From contig CP001848.1 of the NCBI GenBank assembly GCA_000025185.1, positions 1,680,001 to 1,712,000 on the forward strand: a stretch of DNA of 32,000 nt, in the 5' to 3' direction. A program made the translations under genes and the position numbers. Positions 1 through 10,800 of the stretch are shown one piece after another. The DNA is from Pirellula staleyi DSM 6068. GTDB taxonomy: Bacteria; Planctomycetota; Planctomycetia; Pirellulales; Pirellulaceae. Every line of letters starts with the position of its first letter. Position 1 is the stretch's first letter. The notes under the pieces were generated by a model that had not been told where the DNA came from, made no database searches, and was given only the letters and a program-made list of their open reading frames with translations.

Positions 1-57
1 GTCAGGTACACCGAGCCACACGCGATAAGGATCGAAATCGATGGCGGTTTCTGCCAT
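1..57 (-). CDS. 5' end of a CDS running off the left edge (hypothetical; DPYxxWLG-type N-terminus)
   Basis: Hand translation of the minus strand from ATG at 57-55 gives MAETAIDFDPYRVWLGVPD, open to the window edge. I recall D-P-Y-x-x-W-L-G-[IV]-P as a recurrent N-terminal motif of planctomycetal proteins. Too short for the ORF track, and the SD is weak. Confidence 0.35.
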   Translation of the reverse strand, partial: MAETAIDFDPYRVWLGVPD

Positions 58-174
58 GGTTCGCACTTGATTCTCTGAAGGAACAGGACGGGTGGTGGGC
101 TAGGTGGGAGGTCGAGCAGCGGAGGATTCCGTCAATTGTTGACGCACGCGACACGTTTGCTCGTCCGTGATGAT

Positions 175-1365
175 TTACTCACTCACCACCATCAGCAGAT
201 TCAGCGACACTTCTCCGATCCGGGGATGCCCAGTGGCAATGCGAATCGTTCCGTAGGGATTGCCAAGCATCTGACAGGCAGGGGCATCTTCGGGAATGGT
301 GATGACAAGGTCATAGAGCCCAGCGACTTGATCGTCGGACTCGTGAGGCTTTAGTTCAGCCTGCAGGAAATCGGGGATCAGCGTGATTTTCGGCGCGGTG
401 AGCGTCGGTTCATCGTCCCGAATCTTGACGAGCACCTTGGTGGCCTTGGCCTTCCCTTGCTTGGTCTTGCCGAGATCGATTTGACCTTCGCCGTCGAGCG
501 AACTGACAGCCGCCCCGTACATGGTGAGCCGAAGTCCCACTTGGCCTTTGAGTTCCAGTTGAAAATCGATCGGCTGAGCACCCGGCGTTCCGGGCGAGAC
601 TTGCATGTACAGCGTGTCGCTAAAGTTCCCTTGCGGCAGGTCGGGGGGGAGGGTGACGACGAGCTTCTGCACCATTTTGGCGTCGTAGTCCGGCAAATCG
701 TCGATCGTCGCGGGCTCGATTTTCCACGCTAGGCCCGGCAAATTCGACTTCAGGTTGCTGAGCGTGAAGTTGTCATACAGCTGCGAGTAAAGAAGCACCG
801 ACGCTGTGGTTTCCGTGCCGGGCTGCATCTTCGGGACGATGATCTCGGGCACGTTAGCGTTGAGTTCCTGCCGCACTTTTCCCTTCACGTTAAAGTCGAT
901 CGACTTACGGAACGGGTCGTTGGTTTTGATTTCGGCATAGTGTGAGTAGAACAAGTTGTAGCGCCCGGTATTCCACTCGAGCTTCACTTTCCCTTCGCCA
1001 CCGGGGGGGATTTCGCGGTCGGAGAGTCCACCGACCGTGCACTTGCAGGTGGTGCTGCCGACATCGAGCTTCAGCGGCGCATCGCCGTCGTTGCGGATGA
1101 CAAACTCATGAAAGCCATCGGTCAGCGGGTCCATGACACCGAAGTCGTACTCTTTCGACGGCGCGATCGCTTCGGGCAATTTGGTTTTCTTGCGTCCCTC
1201 GACGGTGGCCGCCTCGACAATAGCGGCTCCATTCTCGCCAATGACCACGCGCAGTTCGGGTGAGTCGCGATGCTTATACAGAAAAGTGCTCTGCGACGAC
1301 GCATAGACAATCAGCGTGGCGAGGGCGAGCAGAATCGTGGCGACAATGGCAACGGTGCGATTCAT
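175..1365 (-). CDS. DUF1573 domain-containing membrane-anchored protein
   Basis: ORF 175..1647. Start moved to ATG 1365-1363, where MNRTVAIVATILLALATLIVYA forms an N-terminal TM anchor; the 94 upstream codons are Arg/Pro-rich and look non-coding. YDFGVMDPLTDGFHEFVIRNDGDAPLKLDVGSTTCKCT...IPPGGEGKVKLEW fits the DUF1573 pattern (FDFG..G....F.N.G..PL.I...sCGCT...I.PG...I.V). Confidence 0.8.
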   Translation of the reverse strand: MNRTVAIVATILLALATLIVYASSQSTFLYKHRDSPELRVVIGENGAAIVEAATVEGRKKTKLPEAIAPSKEYDFGVMDPLTDGFHEFVIRNDGDAPLKLDVGSTTCKCTVGGLSDREIPPGGEGKVKLEWNTGRYNLFYSHYAEIKTNDPFRKSIDFNVKGKVRQELNANVPEIIVPKMQPGTETTASVLLYSQLYDNFTLSNLKSNLPGLAWKIEPATIDDLPDYDAKMVQKLVVTLPPDLPQGNFSDTLYMQVSPGTPGAQPIDFQLELKGQVGLRLTMYGAAVSSLDGEGQIDLGKTKQGKAKATKVLVKIRDDEPTLTAPKITLIPDFLQAELKPHESDDQVAGLYDLVITIPEDAPACQMLGNPYGTIRIATGHPRIGEVSLNLLMVVSE

Positions 1366-1770
1366 AAGAGCAAGAATCCGTCGGGACTGAGATAGCAAAC
1401 GACCTGTGGAGTGTTTGGCGGCGATGCCATCCTGGCGACGATTGGGAAATCGCGCCGCTGGGCCTTGCGGCGCGAGGTTTGTAGTCTGCCTCACCGCTGT
1501 GAAGATTGAGTGAAGTAATGATGAAGCGAGTTGCGGTTGAACTCGATATTCACACCTCTTCAGCCGCTTCCTTGCACCCGCAATCGGCTGCGGCAAAGCG
1601 CATGAAAAAGGACAGGCGAAGAGCATGGCCCTCCGCCTGTCCGGCATGTTGTCAATCGTTGTGGTAAGTCAAAGCGAGGGGGTACTTCGCGAAGCAGGGT
1701 TCACCGCCGACGAGTCGTGGTGAGTCCGTTGCTGGCGAGAAGCTTTATCGTTGAGGTTCGCTCGCGGAGG

Positions 1771-1805
1771 GAGATTCTGGCGTCGACCTGCGACACCAGA
1801 ATCTC
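1771..1805 (-). terminator. Perfect 10-bp hairpin 26 nt downstream of the DUF1559 gene stop (no U-tract)
   Basis: GAGATTCTGG (1771-1780) and CCAGAATCTC (1796-1805) are exact reverse complements with a 15-nt loop. No T-run follows on the minus strand, so it may be a terminator or an mRNA 3' stabiliser. Confidence 0.3.
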
Positions 1806-1830
1806 GTGATCACGTGGAGCGAAGACACGA

Positions 1831-3087
1831 CTAGTCTTCCAGGGTGCCCTTGGTGAGCTTGAACAACCAGATACCGTTGAAGATTTCTCCAGGTGGGAGT
1901 TCGACAACGTTGTCGCTGTAACCGATCGCCGAGGTGTCGGCCAAACCTGGCGTCACTGGGAAGCCTGGGTTGAGGAAGCCGTCGCCGTTGCTATCGGTGA
2001 ATTCCTTCACAGCACCGTCAGCCATCACGATATTGCAGCTGGCGTTCTTGCCACCACCGTGGGTAGCAAACCAGTCGCGCGTGTCTTGGAGGTAGGTGTT
2101 GTTGACAGTTCCGAGAGGTTCGTCGCAATCCTTGCGGAAGTCGCACGAGATTTGGTTGCTCATGTTGGTGCCGACAGGGATCAGCTTGACGCCGTTCGAA
2201 CCGTTCCAGAAAGCAGGACCGTCGTTGAACGCTTCGCTCAGAAGAGCACCCGATGGAATCAGGGACTTCGTGGTGGCGGTGCCGAGACCGGTGTTGATGT
2301 AGTCGGTGGGGCTGATTTCGAGCGTAACAGCCATCACAGCTTCGTCGACGTCACCAGGAGCCGAGTCACCCAGGAGGGGAATCGACGAGGTGGGAACGCC
2401 AGCGTTTTCAGCAACACGACGGGTCAGAGGACCTTGCGTACCACCGAAGCCCTTATGGCCCGAACCGCTGAGAGCGGAGGTGAGCACTGGCGAGCTTTGG
2501 TTAGCTTGGGTCACACGGGGGGCCGTGCGAGCCATGAAGTAGCTCTGAGCGTAGTTGTTGTTGAAGCCTTCACCAATGAAGTAGTGCGAGACGAACGTAG
2601 CGCGCTGAGCGGTATCGTCGTCGGTGCCGCCGAAACCTTCGGCTGGAGCTGGACCAGCAACGCCACGCCATTCCGACTTGCCGCAGAGGCCAGCAGTCAA
2701 GCGAGCGGCTGGAACGCCGTCGGACAGTTCGGTCGTGTTACGACCGTAGACGTCGTTCAGCTTTTCGGTGCCGAGCAGTGGGTTGCTGGGGCAGGTCATT
2801 TCGCTGGGCTTAGCAGCATTGATGGCGACAAGGTCAGCGACCCAGCCCCAAGTGTCCAAGCAACCGTCGCGACGGAAGTCCGAAGCACCGGTGCAGTAGC
2901 GACCCGAAGGATCTTTGTCGGCGAACAGCTGGAAGCCGATGCCGAACTGACGGAGGTTGTTCTTGCAAGCTGCATTGCGGGCAGCTTCACGAGCACGGCT
3001 AACAGCTGGGAGAAGCAGGGCGACCAGGATGCCGATGATCGCAATGACCACGAGCAACTCGATCAGGGTAAAACCACGACGTTTCAT
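1831..3087 (-). CDS. DUF1559 family protein with prepilin-type N-terminal cleavage/methylation domain (H-X13-DG variant)
   Basis: ORF 1831..3105. Start placed at ATG 3087-3085, preceded by AGGAG with a 7-nt spacer. [29 protein letters not shown] is a classic type IV pilin-like N-terminus. [17 protein letters not shown] and the C-terminal [17 protein letters not shown] are typical of the planctomycetal DUF1559 / H-X9-DG family. Confidence 0.9.
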   Translation of the reverse strand: MKRRGFTLIELLVVIAIIGILVALLLPAVSRAREAARNAACKNNLRQFGIGFQLFADKDPSGRYCTGASDFRRDGCLDTWGWVADLVAINAAKPSEMTCPSNPLLGTEKLNDVYGRNTTELSDGVPAARLTAGLCGKSEWRGVAGPAPAEGFGGTDDDTAQRATFVSHYFIGEGFNNNYAQSYFMARTAPRVTQANQSSPVLTSALSGSGHKGFGGTQGPLTRRVAENAGVPTSSIPLLGDSAPGDVDEAVMAVTLEISPTDYINTGLGTATTKSLIPSGALLSEAFNDGPAFWNGSNGVKLIPVGTNMSNQISCDFRKDCDEPLGTVNNTYLQDTRDWFATHGGGKNASCNIVMADGAVKEFTDSNGDGFLNPGFPVTPGLADTSAIGYSDNVVELPPGEIFNGIWLFKLTKGTLED

Positions 3088-3732
3088 CTCAAACTCCTGA
3101 AACAAAGAAACAAAAAATGTGCGAACCGAGGCGTATTGCGAGAGTTAGTCGTAGTGAGCTCTGGGGGCTTGAACTGCGACTGACGCTTGCGATCAAAAAA
3201 CTTGTGAACCGTTCCAACTGTGGCTGCGTACTGGGTGAAAACTCTTGGGTTCTGTGAGCACTATCGTGTCGATGCCGTGGGAAGATCTGACCGAGATTGT
3301 GAGTAACTCCCGAGAAACTCTTCCGAAGATTGTCGACTGAAACTCTCTTCTTCAACCTGCTTCCACCAAGCTCTGCTTTTTCCATCCGTTTCTGTGAAGC
3401 CCGCTCGATCGCTGCTCTTCGCACGGCGATCTAGCACCCCAAAGAAGCCAAAACTCTAGTTGCCGGTTTCAAACGTTGTGTGTGTGTTCCGTAAAGGTTT
3501 GCGGAAACGGGGAACGTTCTTTCCTGCTCGCCGGCGCCCACCCCACACTCGTGTGGACACCTCAGACACTTGCCGAGACGCTCTGCTTGAGTAGCTGGAA
3601 CCGAGCCATTGTGTGCGACAAAAACCGGCTCTCGAAATCACGTTTCTCTAGGCGTTTTTTGAGCATTTCGCAGAGTCTTTGGCCCATCGCGCGGCGCTAG
3701 TGCAGAGCAGATTTCTAGCGCAGCTGTGGTAT

Positions 3733-3759
3733 TTCGTGCGCACCGCAGGTGCGCACGGA
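3733..3759 (-). terminator. Palindromic hairpin 22 nt downstream of the second DUF1559 gene stop (no U-tract)
   Basis: GTGCGCAC (3736-3743), loop cgcag, GTGCGCAC (3749-3756). The self-complementary octamer occurs twice, extendable by C:G, U:G and U:A pairs. No T-run on either strand. Confidence 0.3.
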
Positions 3760-3780
3760 CTCTACGATCACGCCCCGCTG

Positions 3781-4965
3781 TTATTCGCGTTTGGCGTCGA
3801 GCGAGTACAAGCTGAAGATCTCGTCGGGGCTCACTTCCATTTCGCTATCCTCGAAGCCACCGACTGCGGGGAAGCCGTTGTTGAGCGAACCATCGCGATT
3901 GGTATCGGTGAAGGAGCGAACGCTCCCATCGACGAACAGAATGTTGCAGGCACCACGATGCACCGGAGCAAAACCGCGATAGTCTTGCATGGCATCTTTG
4001 GCCCACACGCGCCACCAACCACCAGCACCCTCTTTGGGTGTGAAGTCGGCAAAAGCAGGGGGAACCACTTCGCTCATGTCGGCGATGCGTACCGGTCCAC
4101 GTGTGAACGACTGTGCCATCGGTGTGCCGCTTAGGATCCGGCCAAAACCGACATCAAGCGTCCCCACTGTCTCACCATCGCCGATGATCGGAACAAAGCT
4201 CGAAGCAGCCTTGGCCGTATCGCTGAGCGTGCGTCGCATCCCACCACGTGTGGTGTTGCGGCTGCGAACATCGCTGCCACATCCGGGAATCGCTTGGCGA
4301 GGATTGCCGTAGAGCAAGTTCACTTCACTACGGACCAGGAACCACGATGCGGTGTAGTTGGTGTTGTAATGCTTGTCGTAGATTTCGGTCTTCACCACGC
4401 TCGAACGAGCATCACTGGCCGTGGGAGACGCACCGACAATCGCGCGGCAAGGGTTGGTGATTGTCGTTCCGTCGATGGCCAATTTGGGAGGACTGCCGAG
4501 CACGTTTTGGATTTGCATGCATGGAAACGGTCCCGCACCTTGAAAGGCTGTGACGTCGCGCTGCAGCAGGTCGTTGTAAGTCTCGCTGACGAGAGCGTTG
4601 TTGGAAGGGCAGAGCATGCCGCCGACAGGAGTTCCTTGGTTCACCAGATCGGCGACCCAGCCGATCTCGGTCACGGCCCCATCTTCCATCCAGTTGAAAC
4701 CACCGGTGCACAGGAGTTCGTTATGGCGTTCGGCGTGGACTGACAGACCGAGACCAAATTGGCGGAGGTTGTTTTGGCAGGCAGCGGTGCGAGCTGCTTC
4801 GCGAGCTGCAGAGACCGCCGGGAGCAGCAGCGCCACCAGAAGGCCAATGATCGAAATGACGACGAGCAATTCGACGAGCGTGAACGCACGCTGGTTCGAT
4901 CGACTCGCAAGGTCGCATGATCGTGGTTGGCTCAAGCGGAAATGCCACATAGAAAATCGCTCCAC
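3781..4965 (-). CDS. DUF1559 family protein with prepilin-type N-terminal domain and canonical H-X9-DG
   Basis: ORF 3781..4965 starts with GTG at 4965 (AGGAG 10 nt upstream). An alternative ATG at 4950 has GGAG 9 nt upstream. [27 protein letters not shown] is a pilin-like N-terminus with Ala instead of Gly at -1. [17 protein letters not shown] follows, and [14 protein letters not shown] is an exact H-X9-DG. Confidence 0.9.
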   Translation of the reverse strand: MERFSMWHFRLSQPRSCDLASRSNQRAFTLVELLVVISIIGLLVALLLPAVSAAREAARTAACQNNLRQFGLGLSVHAERHNELLCTGGFNWMEDGAVTEIGWVADLVNQGTPVGGMLCPSNNALVSETYNDLLQRDVTAFQGAGPFPCMQIQNVLGSPPKLAIDGTTITNPCRAIVGASPTASDARSSVVKTEIYDKHYNTNYTASWFLVRSEVNLLYGNPRQAIPGCGSDVRSRNTTRGGMRRTLSDTAKAASSFVPIIGDGETVGTLDVGFGRILSGTPMAQSFTRGPVRIADMSEVVPPAFADFTPKEGAGGWWRVWAKDAMQDYRGFAPVHRGACNILFVDGSVRSFTDTNRDGSLNNGFPAVGGFEDSEMEVSPDEIFSLYSLDAKRE

Positions 4966-5707
4966 AGTTACTCATCTCCTGCCAACTGGCGCTAATGCCC
5001 AGCGGGCGCGTCCGAGCAGGGTCAAGAATCTCACCTAAGTCTCACTGGGCAGATAAAGCAGCCGTGAGTGGGTCGTGAACTTCGAGTTAGCTTCACATGA
5101 AGGATTCGCGCAGAGCGGTTGGCCATGCGTTCGACCGCACAGCGTGGCAATTCGACGCGGGAGTCTCGCTTCAAAAATCGCCGTAAACTGCTTAAGAAGT
5201 GCTACTTAGCACGAATGTTCTGCAGATCCATGTCTGGCCGATGACACGAGCTGAAACGCTCGAACCGGCCGATAGTCGCCAATGCGGTGCGGCTTACCAC
5301 ATGCTTATGCGGAGCGTTTCGAGCCGCCCGAAGCGGAATTTCGAGCTAGGGGATCGAGCGTCTACGCGCGAACTGCGTGCCCCAGGCTGAACCGACTAGC
5401 ACACCCCCAGCAGCGGCAGCAGCCGGCTCGAGCGGCACACTGATTTTCAGTCCTGTGCGGTTTCCCGAAACACTTGCGGGAAATCAAGTTGCTAGCGATG
5501 GAGAACGCTCTTCGCCGGGATTTCGAGGGTTGCTATGCTCCCGGAAATCGGTGTGGCGAAACGTGGTCCAGGAACGTGACCTAAATTCCCCTAAGGATTG
5601 CGGAGCATGGTATCTCGCCCGCGACGCAAGCCACTCGGGACTGCACGTGGACGTTGATTTCGTGCGCTGCTGTCGAACTCTGCTGAATATGAAGGAAGTC
5701 TTGCATC

Positions 5708-7582
<1,875 letters not shown>

Positions 7583-7641
7583 CCATCCACGCCCCACCCG
7601 AGCAGCTGACTTCTTTCCGCTGCTCGGCGAAACAATTTGCG

Positions 7642-7690
7642 AGCCTGTATTTCGAGCCTCAAACGCTTGTAATACAGGCTTTTTTGCTTT
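7642..7690 (+). terminator. Rho-independent terminator of glmS
   Basis: AGCCTGTATT (7642-7651) and AATACAGGCT (7671-7680) are exact reverse complements (10 bp, 19-nt loop), followed directly by TTTTTGCTTT. A second 9-bp hairpin, CCGAGCAGC/GCTGCTCGG, lies at 7598-7627 just after the stop codon. Confidence 0.7.
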
Positions 7691-7763
7691 CAGCCTGCAG
7701 CTCGGTTTTACTGCTCTTCTTCCTCTGCTCTTCTTCAGCTGCTCCTGCCTGCTCCGTCTTTGG

Positions 7764-7819
7764 CTAGTCCCTAGTCCCTAGTCCCTAGTCCCTAGTCCCT
7801 AGTCCCTAGTCCCTAGTTC
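7764..7819. repeat. Heptamer tandem array (CTAGTCC)x7 plus one degenerate copy (CTAGTTC)
   Basis: Counted base by base: seven perfect CTAGTCC units at 7764-7812, then CTAGTTC at 7813-7819. Period 7 puts TAG in all three frames on both strands, because CTAG is palindromic. Confidence 0.95.
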
Positions 7820-7834
7820 CCAGCCTCTGGCTTT

Positions 7835-7879
7835 CTCTCGCCTCTCGCCTTCTCTGGCCTCTGGCCTCTGGCCTCTGGC
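7835..7879. repeat. Heptamer tandem arrays (CTCTCGC)x2 and (CTCTGGC)x4
   Basis: CTCTCGC at 7835-7841 and 7842-7848, a 3-nt spacer, then CTCTGGC x4 at 7852-7879. The array ends 3 nt before the stop codon (7883-7885) of the giant minus-strand gene. Confidence 0.9.
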
Positions 7880-7882
7880 CGC

Positions 7883-10800
7883 TTAGAGGCTGGTGTCTTG
7901 GGAGTTGTTGAAGTCGCCGCGGATGTCGCTGGTGAGGGGGTCGGCATTGGTGTGGGTGCCGAAGAGATCGTTGCCGCTGCCACCGTAAACGGTGTCGCGG
8001 TCGAGGTCGTCGGTGTGGGTGAGATTCGGGGCGACCGGGCCGCCGCTGTTCCAGGCCACCAGCAGCGCGAGCATCGCGGCATCGACCGCGCTGCTATACG
8101 TGTTGCTCGTCGCCGTGTCGCTCGTCCCTTGGTAAGTGGTGATCGCCGCGAGCACCAGGTCGTTGCCGTTGCCGCCGTCGACCAGATCAACGCCGTCGCC
8201 GCCGATCAGTACGTCGTTGCCATCGCGGCCGTACAGCCGATCGTCGCCATCGCCGCCGCTGAGGAAGTCGTCGCCGACATCGCCACTGATCGTGTCGTTC
8301 CCCTGCGCGCCGTAAATGCGGTCGTTGCCCGAGCTGCCACTCAGCTGATCGTTGCCGTAGCCGCCGTGGATCCAGTCGTCACCCGCGCCAGGGCTCACAC
8401 TATCGTTGCCGCCACCGGCGTAGAAGAGATCGTTGCCGCCGAGCGCGCTCAGCGTATCGTTACCGCCGATGTTGAGCTCGTGCGGATTGAGCTCGTCGCT
8501 CGTCGGAGCGTCGTCGCCCCAGACGATGTTGTTGCCGCTGCTGGCATTGATGCGATCGTTGCCGAGACCACCGACCAAGAGGTCGTTGTTGAAGCTGCCC
8601 GTCAGGAAGTCATCTCCCGCTTCACCGTAGAATTCCGCCGGAATCTGCAGGTTCGATTGGTTGATGATGTCGTTGCCGCCGCGGCCGTAGACGAGCGTCT
8701 TGCCAGGGACGTTGTGGTACGTGTAGCTCGAGCCGATCTGCACGCGAGTGCGGCTGGGTTCAAGCGTCGTGTTGGCGCGAGCGAACTGAATCGTGTCATT
8801 GCCATTGGTGCCGCGGATGTAGATGTCATTGATCGTGGCGCTCGTCATCTCGCCATCGTCGGCCAAGTTGAGATCTTCGATCGTGGTGAAGGTGACGGTC
8901 GCGTGCGTCGAGCTCAACACTTGTCCGCTGCTCACGAGCACGGGGCTCGTCGCGGCGAGTCCACCGCCGAGCGCCGAGACATCGATGTTCAGCACATCGC
9001 CCGGCAGCACCGAGGGATCGTTGCCGTTGATGAAGAAGGGGGTCGTGAGGCTCGGGCGAATCATGTCATCGACGCCGTCGAGTTCACTGGCGCTCAGCAG
9101 ATAGCCAGGCGCGGTGCTCGATGGTGTGCCGCCGAAGGTGTCGTCGCCAAGACCACCGTTGAGGGTGAGCCGTGCGAGGAAGTCAGCTGCGTTGACGTAG
9201 AACTGATCGTTGTCTCCGGCACCGGTGACGACGGCGGTATCAAGGTCGTTGGCCGCTTCGGTCATGTTGACGCGGATCGTATCGGCGCCGCCCGACGTGG
9301 TGACATCGAGATCGTCGATGCTCGTGAACGTGATGTCGATTCCCGACGCGATCGTGAGCCCTTCGATCGTGGTGCGCGTGATGACGACGGAGTCGGCCGA
9401 CACACTTCCGCTGTCGACGACGATCAGCGAGTCGTCGTCCCCGGCAACGCCATTGAACGACAGAGTCGAGGCGATGTTCGATGCGGAATTCCCGCTGTCA
9501 AACACCTGGAACGTGTCGACCCCGATGTCGCCCGTTACCGTCACGGGCACGCCACTCTTGATCGCGTGGATGCGAACCGTGTGAGCGCTGTTGTCGGTCG
9601 CCGCGAGCGACGAACCAGCCACGATATCGATGCTCGTGAGGCTCGACGTGCTGTCGATGTTCACCAGATCAATCGCTTCGTTGCCGCCACCCGCGATGAG
9701 GTCGAGCGCGAGGAAACCTTCGAAGGTGGTCGTCGCGACGAGACCCGTATCGGCGGTGATCTCGGTCACGCCATCAGCTGCTGCACCATCGTCGCTGATC
9801 TCGATATCGGCAGTGCTCGTGCTGCTCGAAGCATCGACGACGAGGTTGCCACCAGCGCCGTCGAGGATGAGCGTGTCGAGGTCGGCGAAGCTGACGAGGG
9901 TCAGCGGCGCGCCACTCGGCCCCACACCGACGTTGCCACTTCCTTGACCATCGAGGACGTCGCTGAAGTAACCGACATCAGCGGCAGTAAGGAGCTCGAG
10001 CGCGAGGCTGTTATCGCCGAGTCCGCCATCGAAGTGGATCGTCACATCGGTCAGATTGCTCGCGGTGTAGTAAGCATCGGCGGCTATATTCAAGTGCGCG
10101 CCATTGCTCACACCACCCGACGCGAGGCTGTTGTCGACCAGCGGCGCAGCGCCGTCGAAGCTCGGGAGTCCCGCTGCTGTTTCGCGAATCGTCAGCGACT
10201 CACTATCGCTGCTACCGATCACCGTGAAGCTGTTGATCGTATCGGCCTGGCCACTGAACTTGCCGAGGCCATTCACCTCGACTTCGAACACGTTCGGTGC
10301 ACTCAGGAAGATCTCGATCGCGTCGGCCGCGCCGTTCTGGAAGCCGGCGATTCGCATGTCGAGCACGAGGTTGTAGACCGACGTCAGCGGCGTCGTTTGC
10401 ACCGTTTCAATCGAGCTATACGCAACCCCTGCCGCCGACGCGCCGAACGACCAAACGCCGCTGTAGTTGACTGCGCCGAGCGTCAATGTCGGCACGCCGA
10501 GTCCCGTGATATCGAGCACTAAAAGATCGCCCGCAGGCATCGTCGGATCGCCACCAAAAATGCTGATCGGTGTGCTCGCGAGACCATTGTCTTGATCGGG
10601 CCGGACGTTGAACGTATCGATCTCCGCGCCGCCGGTGAACGTCGCGCTCACCGCGTCGATATCCCCTGCAAAGCTCAGCGTCGCGCCACCCACATCCGCA
10701 CTCGCCGCATCAATCGTCACGCTGACGGTTCCCGTCGCGCTGATCGTGCCGCTGAGGGTCGCATCGTCACCTGCCAGCAGCACCACATTGCTCGTCGAGC

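Noticed and set aside
1366-1647. N-terminal 94-codon extension of the DUF1573 ORF. Similar extensions occur at 3088-3105, 20213-20344, 21686-21745, 21895-22020 and 26792-26968.
   Set aside because: The extensions are Arg/Pro/Cys-rich and lack an SD. They precede an internal ATG with a good SD and a proper signal/TM or family-typical N-terminus.
2059-3183. 374-aa plus-strand ORF, plus plus-strand ORFs at 3679..4134, 4294..4743 and 4598..5038
   Set aside because: They are antisense to the two DUF1559 genes, which have clear family motifs and SD-preceded starts.
3089-3424. 111-codon minus-strand ORF whose TGA stop lies 1 nt before the DUF1559 ATG (possible coupled upstream gene)
   Set aside because: It has a GTG start, frequent rare codons (AGA, AGG, AGT, CTA, ATA) and noticeably lower G/C at third positions than real genes here. 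Its sequence has no recognisable features. It is most likely 5' UTR.
5400-5707. Possible glmS ribozyme in the 5' region of glmS
   Set aside because: I could not find the conserved glmS ribozyme core or pseudoknot pattern by eye. That ribozyme is known mainly from Firmicutes and a few other lineages. An Infernal scan with the Rfam glmS model would settle it.
7764-7879. CRISPR array
   Set aside because: The repeats are 7 nt and directly tandem, with no spacers and no cas genes in the window. It is a microsatellite/minisatellite-type array.
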